A stretch of DNA of 39,240 nucleotides, from the IMG/VR virus record IMGVR_UViG_2634166457_000020, positions 1 through 39,240 of that record. One strand, given 5' to 3'. This document shows positions 16,290 through 25,909 of this stretch, in pieces. How positions within the stretch are numbered: position 1 is the stretch's first letter; every line of letters begins with the position of its first letter. The position numbers and the translations under genes are program-made. The stretch comes from a virus (Duplodnaviria; Heunggongvirae; Uroviricota; Caudoviricetes). Below the pieces are notes generated by a model. It ran no database searches. It was given only the letters and a program-made list of their open reading frames with translations, and was not told where the DNA came from.

Positions 16290-16716
16290 AACGCTGAGAG
16301 CACTTAGCCTGTTAAGGCACCACACTTTGTCGCGGCTCCATAAATGCTCTCATCGTTGTACCCTCGTCTCTTCCGAGGCGTCACACCGAATCGCCGGGAT
16401 GGTGAATCCCCGTGCGCGGAATAAAACCGCTCGACTTGCACATTCCGGCTACCTGGTTCGTTTGCCCGAGCAAGGGAGGGTGCCCCTTAAACGTATCCAG
16501 ACCGCTATCGTCGCATGTGCCATACGCCGTACTGCTCAAAATAAAAGCTCACTCCACCTGTTCAATTTAACGACAAGCCAGTCAGGTTAGTAACCGGAAT
16601 GAACCCTTTAGTTACCTGAAGGGTAATAATTCGCGCGTTAAATGTCAACTGTCTACGATAAATAAATCATATGTGGTTAAATTGGTAATGATTTAATTGC
16701 GTACGGAGTCATTGAT

Positions 16717-16923
16717 ATGTGCATGGGTAGCTCACCATCAGTGCCTGCAACACCAGAAGTTCAGGCAGCACCACAGGAGCAGGATGCCGCCGTTGTTGAT
16801 GCCCGCGACGAAGAAACTCGTCGCCGTCGCGCTGCTGCTGGTCGTAGTTCTACGCTGCTTACCGGTTCTCAGGGCGACACATCAACCGCTAATACCAGCG
16901 GTAAAACGCTGCTTGGTCAGTAA
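16717..16923 (+). CDS. Small hypothetical protein, 68 aa, first gene of structural operon
   Basis: ATG preceded by CGGAGTCATTGA, the same initiation context as the portal gene. Confidence 0.45.
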   Translation: MCMGSSPSVPATPEVQAAPQEQDAAVVDARDEETRRRRAAAGRSSTLLTGSQGDTSTANTSGKTLLGQ

Positions 16924-16937
16924 CCGGAGTCATTGAA

Positions 16938-18617
16938 ATGGCGGAAACAACTAAAGAGCGATTGAACAAACAGTTCGCACAACTTGAAAGCGAGCGTCAG
17001 TCGTTCGAGCCGCACTGGCGCGAGTTGAGTGATTACATCAACCCGCGTGGTTCCCGCTTTCTGACTTCTGAGGTCAACCGTAACGATCGACGCAATACAC
17101 GCATTATTGATTCGACCGGGACTATGGCGGCGCGCACTCTCGCCAGCGGCATGATGTCAGGCATCACAAGCCCCGCGCGTCCGTGGTTTCGCTTGGCTAC
17201 GCCAGATCCTGAAATGATGGATTATGGCCCTGTTAAGTTGTGGCTTGAGGCGGTGCAGAACCGCATGAACGATATGTTCAATAAGTCGAATCTCTACCAG
17301 TCTCTTCCGCAGTTATACGGAAGCCTCGGCACATACAGCACCGGTGCAATGGCGGTACTGGAGGATGACGAGGACATCATTCGCACAATGCCATTCCCGA
17401 TAGGCAGTTACTACCTGGCTAACTCACCTCGTGGCAGTGTGGACACCTGTTTTCGCAAGTTCTCTATGACTGTTCGTCAGCTTGTTCAGGAGTTCGGGCT
17501 AAATAACGTCAGCGAATCCGTAAAAAGCATGTGGGAAAGCGGCACCTACGAGAAGTGGATTGAAGTGATGCATTCGGTTTACCCGAACATTGACCGCGAT
17601 ACATCGAAGCTGGATAGCAAGAACAAGCCATTCAAATCGGTTTATTACGAGGTTGGTGGCGATAACGACAAGTTGTTGCGTGAGTCCGGATTCGATGAGT
17701 TTCCAATTATGGCTCCGCGCTGGGAAGTTAACGGCGAAGATGTTTATGGATCATCATGCCCGGGTATGCTGGCGCTTGGACCTGTTAAGGCATTGCAGCT
17801 TCTCCAGAAGCGCAAGTCGCAGTTGATTGATAAAGCCACCAATCCGCCGATGGTTGCTCCGACTTCCCTCAAGAATCAGCGCGCCTCCCTTCTTCCTGGC
17901 GACATCACGTATATCGATCAGATTACTGGTCAGGATGGTTTCAGGCCTGCTTATCTGGTTAACCCCAGTACAGCAGATCTGGTAGCAGACATTCAGGACA
18001 CTCGCCAAATCATTAACAGCGCCTACTTTGTCGATCTGTTCATGATGTTGCAGAACATCAATACCCGCTCGATGCCTGTTGAAGCAGTGATCGAAATGAA
18101 AGAAGAAAAGCTTCTGATGTTGGGGCCGGTTCTGGAGCGTCTGAACGACGAATGTCTTAATCCTCTCATTGACCGCGCTTTCTCGATGATGGTGCGTAAA
18201 AACATGCTGCCGCCACCGCCTGACGCGATGGAAGGCATGCCCCTGAAGGTCGAATACATTTCCGTCATGGCTCAGGCGCAGAAGTCTATCGGCCTGTCCA
18301 GTCTGGCGTCCACGGTTAACTTCATTGGTCAACTTGCGCAAGCGAAACCAGAAGCTCTCGACAAACTCAATGTTGATCAGGCGATCGATGCATTCGCTGA
18401 TATGTCCGGAGTGTCTCCAACCGTCATTGTTCCGCAGGAACAGGTTGAGCAGGCTCGCCAGCAACGGGCACAGCAGCAACAGCAGCAACAAATGATGGCG
18501 ATGGGAATGGCGGCGGCACAGGGCGCCAAGACGCTAAGCGAAGCTAAAACTTCGGATCCGAGTGTTTTGTCAGCTATGGCGAATGCAGTTAGTGGTCAGG
18601 GTGGGCAATCACAATGA
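16938..18617 (+). CDS. Portal (head-tail connector) protein, 559 aa
   Basis: Size, position after terminase, N-terminal ERQSFEPHWRELSDYINP and Q-rich C-terminal tail typical of podovirus portal proteins. Confidence 0.8.
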   Translation: MAETTKERLNKQFAQLESERQSFEPHWRELSDYINPRGSRFLTSEVNRNDRRNTRIIDSTGTMAARTLASGMMSGITSPARPWFRLATPDPEMMDYGPVKLWLEAVQNRMNDMFNKSNLYQSLPQLYGSLGTYSTGAMAVLEDDEDIIRTMPFPIGSYYLANSPRGSVDTCFRKFSMTVRQLVQEFGLNNVSESVKSMWESGTYEKWIEVMHSVYPNIDRDTSKLDSKNKPFKSVYYEVGGDNDKLLRESGFDEFPIMAPRWEVNGEDVYGSSCPGMLALGPVKALQLLQKRKSQLIDKATNPPMVAPTSLKNQRASLLPGDITYIDQITGQDGFRPAYLVNPSTADLVADIQDTRQIINSAYFVDLFMMLQNINTRSMPVEAVIEMKEEKLLMLGPVLERLNDECLNPLIDRAFSMMVRKNMLPPPPDAMEGMPLKVEYISVMAQAQKSIGLSSLASTVNFIGQLAQAKPEALDKLNVDQAIDAFADMSGVSPTVIVPQEQVEQARQQRAQQQQQQQMMAMGMAAAQGAKTLSEAKTSDPSVLSAMANAVSGQGGQSQ

Positions 18618-18910
18618 CAGATTACGAAGACGATCAACTGAAAGAAGAAAACGCCCGTAAGCAACGTGACATGGCGCAGCGTGAAATTGATGACATTCGC
18701 TTTGTCATGAGCAGTGAACAGGGGCGTCGCGTTGTCTGGTCGGTGCTGGAGAAAGGCCGTGTGTTTTCCGCTATCTCACCGATGGACGCTATGGCAATGG
18801 CATTTAATGAGGGGCAACGCAATCTGGCGCTGGAACTGTTTCAGCGCGTTATGGCGCATTGCCCTGAACAGTATTTGAAGATGGCCAAAGAGGCCAGTGA
18901 ACAGGAGTGA
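18614..18910 (+). CDS. Hypothetical head-assembly protein, 98 aa
   Basis: ATGA overlap with portal stop; position between portal and scaffold. Confidence 0.45.
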   Translation: MTDYEDDQLKEENARKQRDMAQREIDDIRFVMSSEQGRRVVWSVLEKGRVFSAISPMDAMAMAFNEGQRNLALELFQRVMAHCPEQYLKMAKEASEQE

Positions 18911-18912
18911 TC

Positions 18913-19608
18913 ATGAATTTATTTGAGCGTTTGCTGTATCGCCGTCTTTGCAATGAGCAACCAGTCGATGGTGGAGCAGCTCCGGCTGCGTCAGAACCGT
19001 CAGCGCCTGCAGGTGATAACCCTGCTCCAGTTGGTGATCCATCACAACAAGAAGGTGATAAGCCGCAACCTGTTGCTGATGGCGATAAACCTGCTGATGA
19101 CAAAAAGCCTGAAAGCGATAAGCAGGGTGAAAAAAAGGACGGCGATAAACCGGATGGTGCGCCGGAGAAGTACGAGTTTCAGGCTGCCGAAGGCGTAGAG
19201 CTGGATACAGAAGCGTTAAAGGAATTCGAGCCGGTGGCGCGAGAACTTAACCTGACCAACGAGCAAGCGCAAAAGCTGGTTGATGCTTATCCGAAGATTC
19301 TGGCAGGTGTGCAGCAGCGCCAGGCAGAAGCCTGGCAGAAAACAACCGAGCAGTGGGCTGCTGATGTAAAAGCTGACAAAGAAATCGGTGGCGACAAGTT
19401 AATTTCTAACCTCAGCGCCGCACAGCGTGCGCTTGACCAGTTCGGGACACCTGAGCTCAAAGAATATCTGAACACCACCGGACTGGGTAATCACCCTGAT
19501 CTGGTCAAAACGTTCGTGAAAATCGGAAAGGCGATGTCTGAAGATGGCATGGTCACCGGTGGTAATGAAGGCCAGCGTAGTGCGGCCGAAGTGCTCTATG
19601 GCAAATAA
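18913..19608 (+). CDS. Putative scaffolding protein, about 231 aa
   Basis: Acidic, Pro/Ala-rich N-terminal region and helical C-terminal region, located between portal and major capsid gene. Confidence 0.55.
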   Translation: MNLFERLLYRRLCNEQPVDGGAAPAASEPSAPAGDNPAPVGDPSQQEGDKPQPVADGDKPADDKKPESDKQGEKKDGDKPDGAPEKYEFQAAEGVELDTEALKEFEPVARELNLTNEQAQKLVDAYPKILAGVQQRQAEAWQKTTEQWAADVKADKEIGGDKLISNLSAAQRALDQFGTPELKEYLNTTGLGNHPDLVKTFVKIGKAMSEDGMVTGGNEGQRSAAEVLYGK

Positions 19609-19622
19609 GAGAGGAAATGACA

Positions 19623-20609
19623 ATGGCTGTTAAAGGCTTAACTGCGCTAACGCTGGCTGACTGGGGTAAGCGCGTCGATCCAAACGGGAAAGTCGATAAG
19701 ATTATCGAGCTTCTCGGTCAAACTAACCCGATCCTTCAGGATATGCCTTTTGTCGAAGGGAACCTTCCTACCGGACACCGAACCACCATTCGTTCTGGTT
19801 TACCTTCAGCTACCTGGCGTTTGCTGAACTATGGCGTACAGCCAAGCAAATCAACCACAGTGCAGGTGACCGATTCCGTTGGCATGTTGGAAACCTATGC
19901 TGAAGTCGATAAGTCACTGGCTGATCTGAACGGTAATACCGCCGAATTCCGCCTGTCTGAAGACCGTGCATTTATTGAAGCGATGAATCAGCAGATGGCG
20001 CAGACACTGTTTTATGGTGATTCCAGCGTTAACCCTCAGCAGTTTATGGGACTGTCCTCCCGCTATTCCAGCCTGTCTGCGGGTAATGCTCAGAACATCA
20101 TTGATGCTGGTGGCACGGGTACAGATAACACCTCAATCTGGTTAGTGGTGTGGGGCGAAAACACCGTGCATGGCATCTTCCCGAAAGGGCAGAAGGCTGG
20201 CATCCAGATGGAAGATAAAGGCCAGGTGACACTGGAAGATGCTAATGGCGGCAAGTACGAAGGCTACCGTACCCATTACAAATGGGACAACGGACTTGCT
20301 CTGCGTGACTGGCGTTATGTTGTTCGCATTGCAAACATCGATGTCAGCAATCTTTCAGAACCTTCCTCTGCCGCAAATATTGCGAAGTTGATGGTTAAAG
20401 CACTGCATCGCATTCCAAACCGTGGCATGGGTCGCCCGGTGTTCTACATGAACCGCACTGTAGGCCAGGCTCTTGATCTGCAATCTCTGGAGAAAACATC
20501 TCTGGCGATCAGCGTAAAAGAGACAGAAGGCGAGTGGTGGACTTCATTCCGTGGTGTACCAATCCGTGAAACTGATGCGCTTCTGGAAACAGAAGCCCGC
20601 GTGGTGTAA
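19623..20609 (+). CDS. Major capsid protein, about 328 aa
   Basis: Size and position; strong SD AAGAGAGGA with ATG at 19623; followed by a stem-loop. Confidence 0.7.
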   Translation: MAVKGLTALTLADWGKRVDPNGKVDKIIELLGQTNPILQDMPFVEGNLPTGHRTTIRSGLPSATWRLLNYGVQPSKSTTVQVTDSVGMLETYAEVDKSLADLNGNTAEFRLSEDRAFIEAMNQQMAQTLFYGDSSVNPQQFMGLSSRYSSLSAGNAQNIIDAGGTGTDNTSIWLVVWGENTVHGIFPKGQKAGIQMEDKGQVTLEDANGGKYEGYRTHYKWDNGLALRDWRYVVRIANIDVSNLSEPSSAANIAKLMVKALHRIPNRGMGRPVFYMNRTVGQALDLQSLEKTSLAISVKETEGEWWTSFRGVPIRETDALLETEARVV

Positions 20610-20660
20610 CGCCTGTTATTAACCTGTGGGCCGTAACAGACCCACTAATGGAGAAAGAAG

Positions 20661-21098
20661 ATGATCACCGACAAACTGTTGATGTTCTCCGAAGCTCAGG
20701 CGGTTACGAATACCGCGGCTTCTACTGACGTAATCGATCTCGGTCCAATTGACGGAAAACGTCGTGATATCGGCGTGGGTTACCCGCTTGAGTTTTGGGC
20801 GCTGGTTAACACAGCCGCCGCAGCAAGCGGTGATGCAACTGTAAACATCCAGTTGCAGACGAGTGAGAATAACAGCTCATGGACCACTATTTATGATAGT
20901 GGCGCATTGGCAAAGACCGCCCTGACAGCAGGTAAACGAGTTGTTTCTGCAAAGGTGCCTGCCGGTGTTCAGCGATATCTGCGTGTTAACTACTCCGTCG
21001 CAACTGGCCCACTAACGGCTGGCGAATTCACTGCGGGTATCAGTCTTGATGTTGATGCCAATACGCCGTATCCGATCCGCTCAAAAGTAACTGGTTAA
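20661..21098 (+). CDS. Hypothetical capsid-associated protein (possible decoration protein), 145 aa
   Basis: Position immediately after the capsid gene; strong SD. Confidence 0.45.
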   Translation: MITDKLLMFSEAQAVTNTAASTDVIDLGPIDGKRRDIGVGYPLEFWALVNTAAAASGDATVNIQLQTSENNSSWTTIYDSGALAKTALTAGKRVVSAKVPAGVQRYLRVNYSVATGPLTAGEFTAGISLDVDANTPYPIRSKVTG

Positions 21099-21108
21099 GG
21101 TGATATCG

Positions 21109-21444
21109 ATGTCAGGTGAGAAACCAAGATACCGCGTTCTGCGCCTCTCTCATATCCATAACACTCTGTGGCCGGAGGGGGCAGAAATCGAATACGAAGG
21201 TGAGCCTGGTAGCGCACTGGAACCTGTTAACGATGCAGCCAGACAGGCAAAAGCAAAAGTTGCAGGAAAGGTGTCAATGGCAGCAACCAGCACCAAAATC
21301 ATCAACGATGTGTCAGATGATGGTGAACTGGATAAGCTCCGTGAAGAGTACGAATTGCTCTTTAACGAGAAGCCACACCATAACGCTAAAGCCGAAACGC
21401 TCCGCGAGAAGATCGCAGATAAGCGTAAAGAACTGGGCGTGTAA
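21109..21444 (+). CDS. Hypothetical virion protein, about 111 aa
   Basis: ORF with SD TAAGG; in structural operon. Confidence 0.45.
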   Translation: MSGEKPRYRVLRLSHIHNTLWPEGAEIEYEGEPGSALEPVNDAARQAKAKVAGKVSMAATSTKIINDVSDDGELDKLREEYELLFNEKPHHNAKAETLREKIADKRKELGV

Positions 21445-21461
21445 GCCTCGCGAATCCGACA

Positions 21462-21483
21462 AGGGGCTTCGGCCCCTTTATTG
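21462..21483 (+). terminator. Stable UUCG-tetraloop hairpin (AGGGGC-UUCG-GCCCCU) plus UUUAUU; candidate partial terminator or RNA-stability element inside the structural operon
   Basis: Perfect 6-bp GC-rich stem with UUCG loop and T-rich tail between genes ending 21444 and starting 21495. Confidence 0.5.
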
Positions 21484-21494
21484 CAGGAGTGTAT

Positions 21495-21818
21495 ATGGAA
21501 CTCGTAAACCTCAAAACCGGCACTGACAGCTACCAGGATGAGAGCGGAGAAACCAGAACTCGTGATGAATACCCGTGGGGGCTGTGCATCACTCTTAATA
21601 ACGACACATTGAATAAGCTGAAGGCGCAACCTCCGGGCGTCGGAACAGAAGTGATGATAACTGCAAAGGCTGTTATTCGAGGCCTGTCTGCCAGAGAAAC
21701 TGACGATGGTGTTAATCGCAGCGCCGATCTGCAGATCACTGATATGGCGATCGCTCCTGTTTCCGGGGATGTAGAAAAATCAGCGGCTGAAACTCTGTAC
21801 GGCAATGGGGGTGAGTAA
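21495..21818 (+). CDS. Hypothetical virion protein, about 107 aa
   Basis: ATG at 21495 with AGGAG SD; stop overlaps next start (TAATG). Confidence 0.45.
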   Translation: MELVNLKTGTDSYQDESGETRTRDEYPWGLCITLNNDTLNKLKAQPPGVGTEVMITAKAVIRGLSARETDDGVNRSADLQITDMAIAPVSGDVEKSAAETLYGNGGE

Positions 21819-22423
21819 TGGCCTCTGTAGTAGAGATCTGCAATCGTGCGCTGTCCAATATTGGCAATAGCCGCAGCATTAACAGCCTGACGGAAGCCAG
21901 CAAGGAAGCGGGGGAATGTTCGCTGCACTTTGAGGCCTGCCGTGATGCTGTGCTTTCTGATTTTGACTGGAACTTTGCTACCAAACGCGTGGCGCTTGCA
22001 GATACGAGCAATCCACCGCCTGACTGGGAATATGCGTACCAGTACCCGTCCGATTGTCTGCGCATTACTGAAATTATGCTTCCTGGTGTACGCAATCCAA
22101 CAGCAGCAATGCGCGTTCAGTACGAAGTTGGTGCAGACACCAACGGAACAGGAAAGTTGATCTACACAGACCAGCCGCAGGCATGGCTCAAGTATGTCTC
22201 TCGCGTTTCAGATGTGAACATGTTTGATGCCATTTTTATGGAGGCGTTGGCCTGGCGTCTTGCGGCAGCTATTAACATGGCGCTGACTGGGAATGCAGAC
22301 CTCGGTACGTTTGCCCTCAATATGTACAATCGCGTGATTCTTAGTGCTGGCTCGCATAGCCAGAATGAATCACAGGAACCACAGCCACCGGTTGACGAGT
22401 TTACCATTGCGAGGTTGTCCTGA
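21818..22423 (+). CDS. Tail adaptor/gatekeeper protein (T7 gp11-like), 201 aa
   Basis: Size about 200 aa immediately upstream of an about 820 aa protein, matching the T7 gp11/gp12 arrangement; assignment by position and size. Confidence 0.5.
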   Translation: MASVVEICNRALSNIGNSRSINSLTEASKEAGECSLHFEACRDAVLSDFDWNFATKRVALADTSNPPPDWEYAYQYPSDCLRITEIMLPGVRNPTAAMRVQYEVGADTNGTGKLIYTDQPQAWLKYVSRVSDVNMFDAIFMEALAWRLAAAINMALTGNADLGTFALNMYNRVILSAGSHSQNESQEPQPPVDEFTIARLS

Positions 22424-24894
22424 TGGCTATCAGTTGGATCCAGCCCAGCTTTGCCGGTGGTGAGATTGGACCGTCGTTGTACGGTCGTATCGACATGGCG
22501 AAGTACCAGGTGGCATTGCGCAAGTGCGATAACTTTATCGTGCGGCAGTATGGCGGCGTTGAGAATCGACCTGGTACGCGTTTTGTCGGTGCCGCCAAAT
22601 ACCCAAATCGGAAATGCCGCCTGATCCCGTTCCAGTTCTCGACGGTTCAGACTTATGCTCTGGAGTTCGGACACCAGTACATGCGCGTTATCAAAGATGG
22701 TGCGTTGGTGCTGAACAGCAGCAATGTTATTTATGAAATTGCCACGCCATATACTGAAGCCGATCTGTTCCGAATTAAATTCACGCAAAGCGCAGACGTG
22801 CTTACGCTGGTTCACCCGGCATACCCGCCGAAAGAGTTGCGCCGCTACGCGCATGACAACTGGCAACTGGTTGATGTGGTAACGAAGAACGGGCCATTTG
22901 AAGATATCAATATTGACGAGTCAGTGACGGTTTATGCCAGCGCCAGCACCGGGACAATTACGTTAACGGCAAGCGCCTCTATTTTTGGCGCGGAGCAGGT
23001 AGGCAAATTGTTCTATCTGGAACAGCCTGCAGTGGATTCAGTGCCGGTATGGGAAACCAGTAAGAGTACGTCGATTGGCGATATTCGCCGTGCAGACAGT
23101 AATTACTATCGCGCCGTTACAGCAGGCAAAACAGGCACTTTGCGCCCTTCGCATACAGAAGGCACATCATGGGATGGCTGGGGCGGATCCGGTGATGATG
23201 ATACTGGCATTGAGTGGGAGTATCTGCACAGTGGGTTTGGCATTGCCCGTATCACTGCTGTAAACGGCACTACTGCAACTGCCGAGGTGATTTCCTATAT
23301 CCCTTCGCAGGTCGTTGGCGAGGATAATGCCAGCTATAAATGGGCTAAATATGCCTGGAACAGTGTTAATGGTTATCCTGGCACTGTTGTTTATTATCAA
23401 CAACGTCTTTACTTCGCCGCATCGACTGCGTTCCCTCAGACTATCTGGGCCAGCCGTACCGGGGATTATAAGGATTTTGGCAAAAGCAATCCTACGCAGG
23501 ATGACGACAGAATTATCTACACCTATGCCGGGCGTCAGGTTAATGAGATCCGCCACCTGATTGATGTCGGCTCGCTGGTGGCACTGACTTCCGGAGGTGA
23601 GTACGTCATCACCGGCGACCAGAACAAAGTGTTAACCCCATCATCATTTGCATTCAGCTCTCAGGGATCAAATGGCTCGAGCAATGTCCCACCAATTGCC
23701 GTGGCGAATATTGCTCTGTTCGTCCAGGATAAAGGCAGTGTTGTCCGTGATCTGGCCTACTCATTCGATGTTGACGGCTATCAGGGGAACGACCTGACCA
23801 TCCTTGCCAATCATCTTTTTCAGAAGCACAGCATTGTTGACTGGTGCTTCTCTATTGTCCCTTACTCCAGCGCCTTCTGCATTCGTGATGACGGTAAATT
23901 ACTGGTGATGACCTATTTGCGTGATCAGCAGGTTTTTGCATGGGCACCACAATCCAGTACCGGAAAATATGAAAGCACATGCAGTATCAGCGAAGGAAAT
24001 GAAGATGCGGTGTATTTCGTCATTAACCGAACCGTTAACGGGCAAACAGTGAGATACATCGAGCGACTGTCCAGCCGTTTATTTACCAGCGATGAAGATG
24101 CTTTCTTTGTTGATTCTGGCCTTAGCTATGATGGAAGAAATACGTCTGACAGAACGATGACCATCACTGGTGGTTCTGGCGAATGGGATTACCGCGCGGA
24201 ATATCCAATCAGTGTTTCTGGTGGCGCGTACTTCACCAGTAGTGATGTCGGTGCGCAACTACAGTTCCCTTATACCGGAACTGATCCTGATACTGGCGAT
24301 GAAGTGTCAAAAGAATTACGTTGCGACATTATTTCTGTAACCAGCAATACCGCAGTAGTGGTTCGTGCTAACAGGAACGTCCCGCCATCCCTCAGGAATG
24401 TGGCCACCACGAACTGGCAGATGGCGCGCCGGACATTTGGAGGCCTGTCTCATCTTGAAGGCCAGACCGTAAACATTCTCTCTGATGCGAACGTGGAACC
24501 ACAGAAAGTGGTTTCCGGAGGTGCCGTCACGCTGGAATCTCCGGGGGCTGTAGTGCACATCGGCCTGCCAATAACTGCTGAATTCGAAACACTGGATATC
24601 AACATTAACGGACAGGAAACGCTGCTGGACAAAAAACAGGTGATCCCGTCCGTTACTCTGGTTGTGAATGCCAGTCGCGGCATCTGGGCGACTACGCCCG
24701 GCGGTAAATGGTACGAATATCCACAGCGTGAATTCGAGTTCTATGATGATCCTGTTGATGACGCTACCGGAAAAGTAGAAGTGAAACTGGACAGTAACTG
24801 GGGCAAAAACGGACGTGTAAAAATCCGTCAGCTTGACCCGTTGCCGCTGTCTGTTCTTGCCGTTATTCCTCGCCTTACTGTTGGGGGATTCTGA
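22423..24894 (+). CDS. Tail nozzle/tubular protein (T7 gp12-like), 823 aa
   Basis: Large protein after the adaptor-like gene; translationally coupled. Confidence 0.5.
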   Translation: MAISWIQPSFAGGEIGPSLYGRIDMAKYQVALRKCDNFIVRQYGGVENRPGTRFVGAAKYPNRKCRLIPFQFSTVQTYALEFGHQYMRVIKDGALVLNSSNVIYEIATPYTEADLFRIKFTQSADVLTLVHPAYPPKELRRYAHDNWQLVDVVTKNGPFEDINIDESVTVYASASTGTITLTASASIFGAEQVGKLFYLEQPAVDSVPVWETSKSTSIGDIRRADSNYYRAVTAGKTGTLRPSHTEGTSWDGWGGSGDDDTGIEWEYLHSGFGIARITAVNGTTATAEVISYIPSQVVGEDNASYKWAKYAWNSVNGYPGTVVYYQQRLYFAASTAFPQTIWASRTGDYKDFGKSNPTQDDDRIIYTYAGRQVNEIRHLIDVGSLVALTSGGEYVITGDQNKVLTPSSFAFSSQGSNGSSNVPPIAVANIALFVQDKGSVVRDLAYSFDVDGYQGNDLTILANHLFQKHSIVDWCFSIVPYSSAFCIRDDGKLLVMTYLRDQQVFAWAPQSSTGKYESTCSISEGNEDAVYFVINRTVNGQTVRYIERLSSRLFTSDEDAFFVDSGLSYDGRNTSDRTMTITGGSGEWDYRAEYPISVSGGAYFTSSDVGAQLQFPYTGTDPDTGDEVSKELRCDIISVTSNTAVVVRANRNVPPSLRNVATTNWQMARRTFGGLSHLEGQTVNILSDANVEPQKVVSGGAVTLESPGAVVHIGLPITAEFETLDININGQETLLDKKQVIPSVTLVVNASRGIWATTPGGKWYEYPQREFEFYDDPVDDATGKVEVKLDSNWGKNGRVKIRQLDPLPLSVLAVIPRLTVGGF

Positions 24895-25358
24895 TGATCG
24901 ATGTTCAAATTATTCCCGCTACCGAAGAGCATCTTCAGATGATTTTGCCGGATGTTCGTCAGGCTGATATTGACGAACTGTATGCGGTATCGCTGATGAC
25001 TACCGAAGATGCGCTGCGTGTTGGTCTTCGCACTGCGACTATGGCCTGGTCAGGATTTGCGAACGGAGAACTGGTAACCATGTTTGGCGTATCTCCGGCG
25101 TCAATGATCGGTGGCAATGGTACGCCCTGGCTGGTAGGAACCAGCCGTATTGAAAAATATCAGAAGACATTTCTTCGCCACTGCCGCCCTGTATTGCAGC
25201 AGATGCTGGCAGTTTATCCGCGCCTGGAAAACTACGTCGACGAGCGAAACCATGTTGCCAAAGCATGGCTGCACTGGCTTGGATTCAGGCTTGAAGAAGC
25301 CGCGCCTTATGGTGCTCTTGGTCTTAATTTCCACAGATTTCACATGGAGAGAAAATAA
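24894..25358 (+). CDS. Hypothetical virion protein, 154 aa
   Basis: Translationally coupled ORF in structural operon. Confidence 0.45.
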   Translation: MIDVQIIPATEEHLQMILPDVRQADIDELYAVSLMTTEDALRVGLRTATMAWSGFANGELVTMFGVSPASMIGGNGTPWLVGTSRIEKYQKTFLRHCRPVLQQMLAVYPRLENYVDERNHVAKAWLHWLGFRLEEAAPYGALGLNFHRFHMERK

Positions 25359-25897
25359 TGTGTAACCCAGCCATCGCTTTGGTTGCCGTCACAGTGGCAT
25401 CCACAGCAGCGTCAATGTACAGCCAGAGCAAGCAGGCAAAATACCAGTCAGCCATAGCAGATCGGAATGCTGAAATTGCTGAAGCTCAGGCACAGGATTC
25501 AATCAATCGTGGGAATATTGAAGCGGATCAGCGTCGTCGTGAAATGCGTCAACGCTCAGGCACTGCGGCGGCTACTATGGGGGCTACCGGTGCGGAATTA
25601 AGTAGCGGAACAGCTCTTGACGTTTTTGCGGATAATGCTCAGTTCGGCACTCTTGATGCGTTAACGACAGTGAATAATGCTCAGCGTGAGGCATATGGGT
25701 ATCAGGTTCAGGGAATGAATGCTCAGGCACAGGGGGCTGCTGCTCAGTCGGCTGCTAAATCATCGATGACCAGCACTTTGTTAACGGCACCACTAAAAGC
25801 ATACGGTGCATACCAGATGGGCGGCGGAACGTGGAGCCCGTTCTCTCAGAAGGCTGCGCCGATTTCTGCTGCTGTTGGCACTCCAACCGGTCGATAA
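25358..25897 (+). CDS. Internal virion protein (small, N-terminal hydrophobic segment), 179 aa
   Basis: Ala/Gln-rich with hydrophobic N-terminus AIALVAVTVASTAAS; position before the large internal proteins. Confidence 0.45.
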   Translation: MCNPAIALVAVTVASTAASMYSQSKQAKYQSAIADRNAEIAEAQAQDSINRGNIEADQRRREMRQRSGTAAATMGATGAELSSGTALDVFADNAQFGTLDALTTVNNAQREAYGYQVQGMNAQAQGAAAQSAAKSSMTSTLLTAPLKAYGAYQMGGGTWSPFSQKAAPISAAVGTPTGR

Positions 25898-25909
25898 GGG
25901 GATAATAAG

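Noticed and set aside
16011-16590. Plus-strand ORFs 16011..16283 and 16327..16590
   Set aside because: They overlap the tRNA-Arg gene and its terminator or start with TTG and no ribosome-binding site; the region is better explained as tRNA plus non-coding regulatory sequence.
17754-18491. 245-aa minus-strand ORF inside the portal gene
   Set aside because: Entirely antisense to a well-supported structural gene, no initiation context; typical shadow ORF. The same applies to antisense ORFs 13933..14439, 22162..22866, 23167..23556, 26099..26581 and 30435..30854.
20626-20645. Stem-loop GTGGG-CCGTAACAGA-CCCAC after the major capsid gene
   Set aside because: No U-tract follows the stem, so it is not a convincing intrinsic terminator; possibly an RNA-stability element, but too weak to report as a feature.
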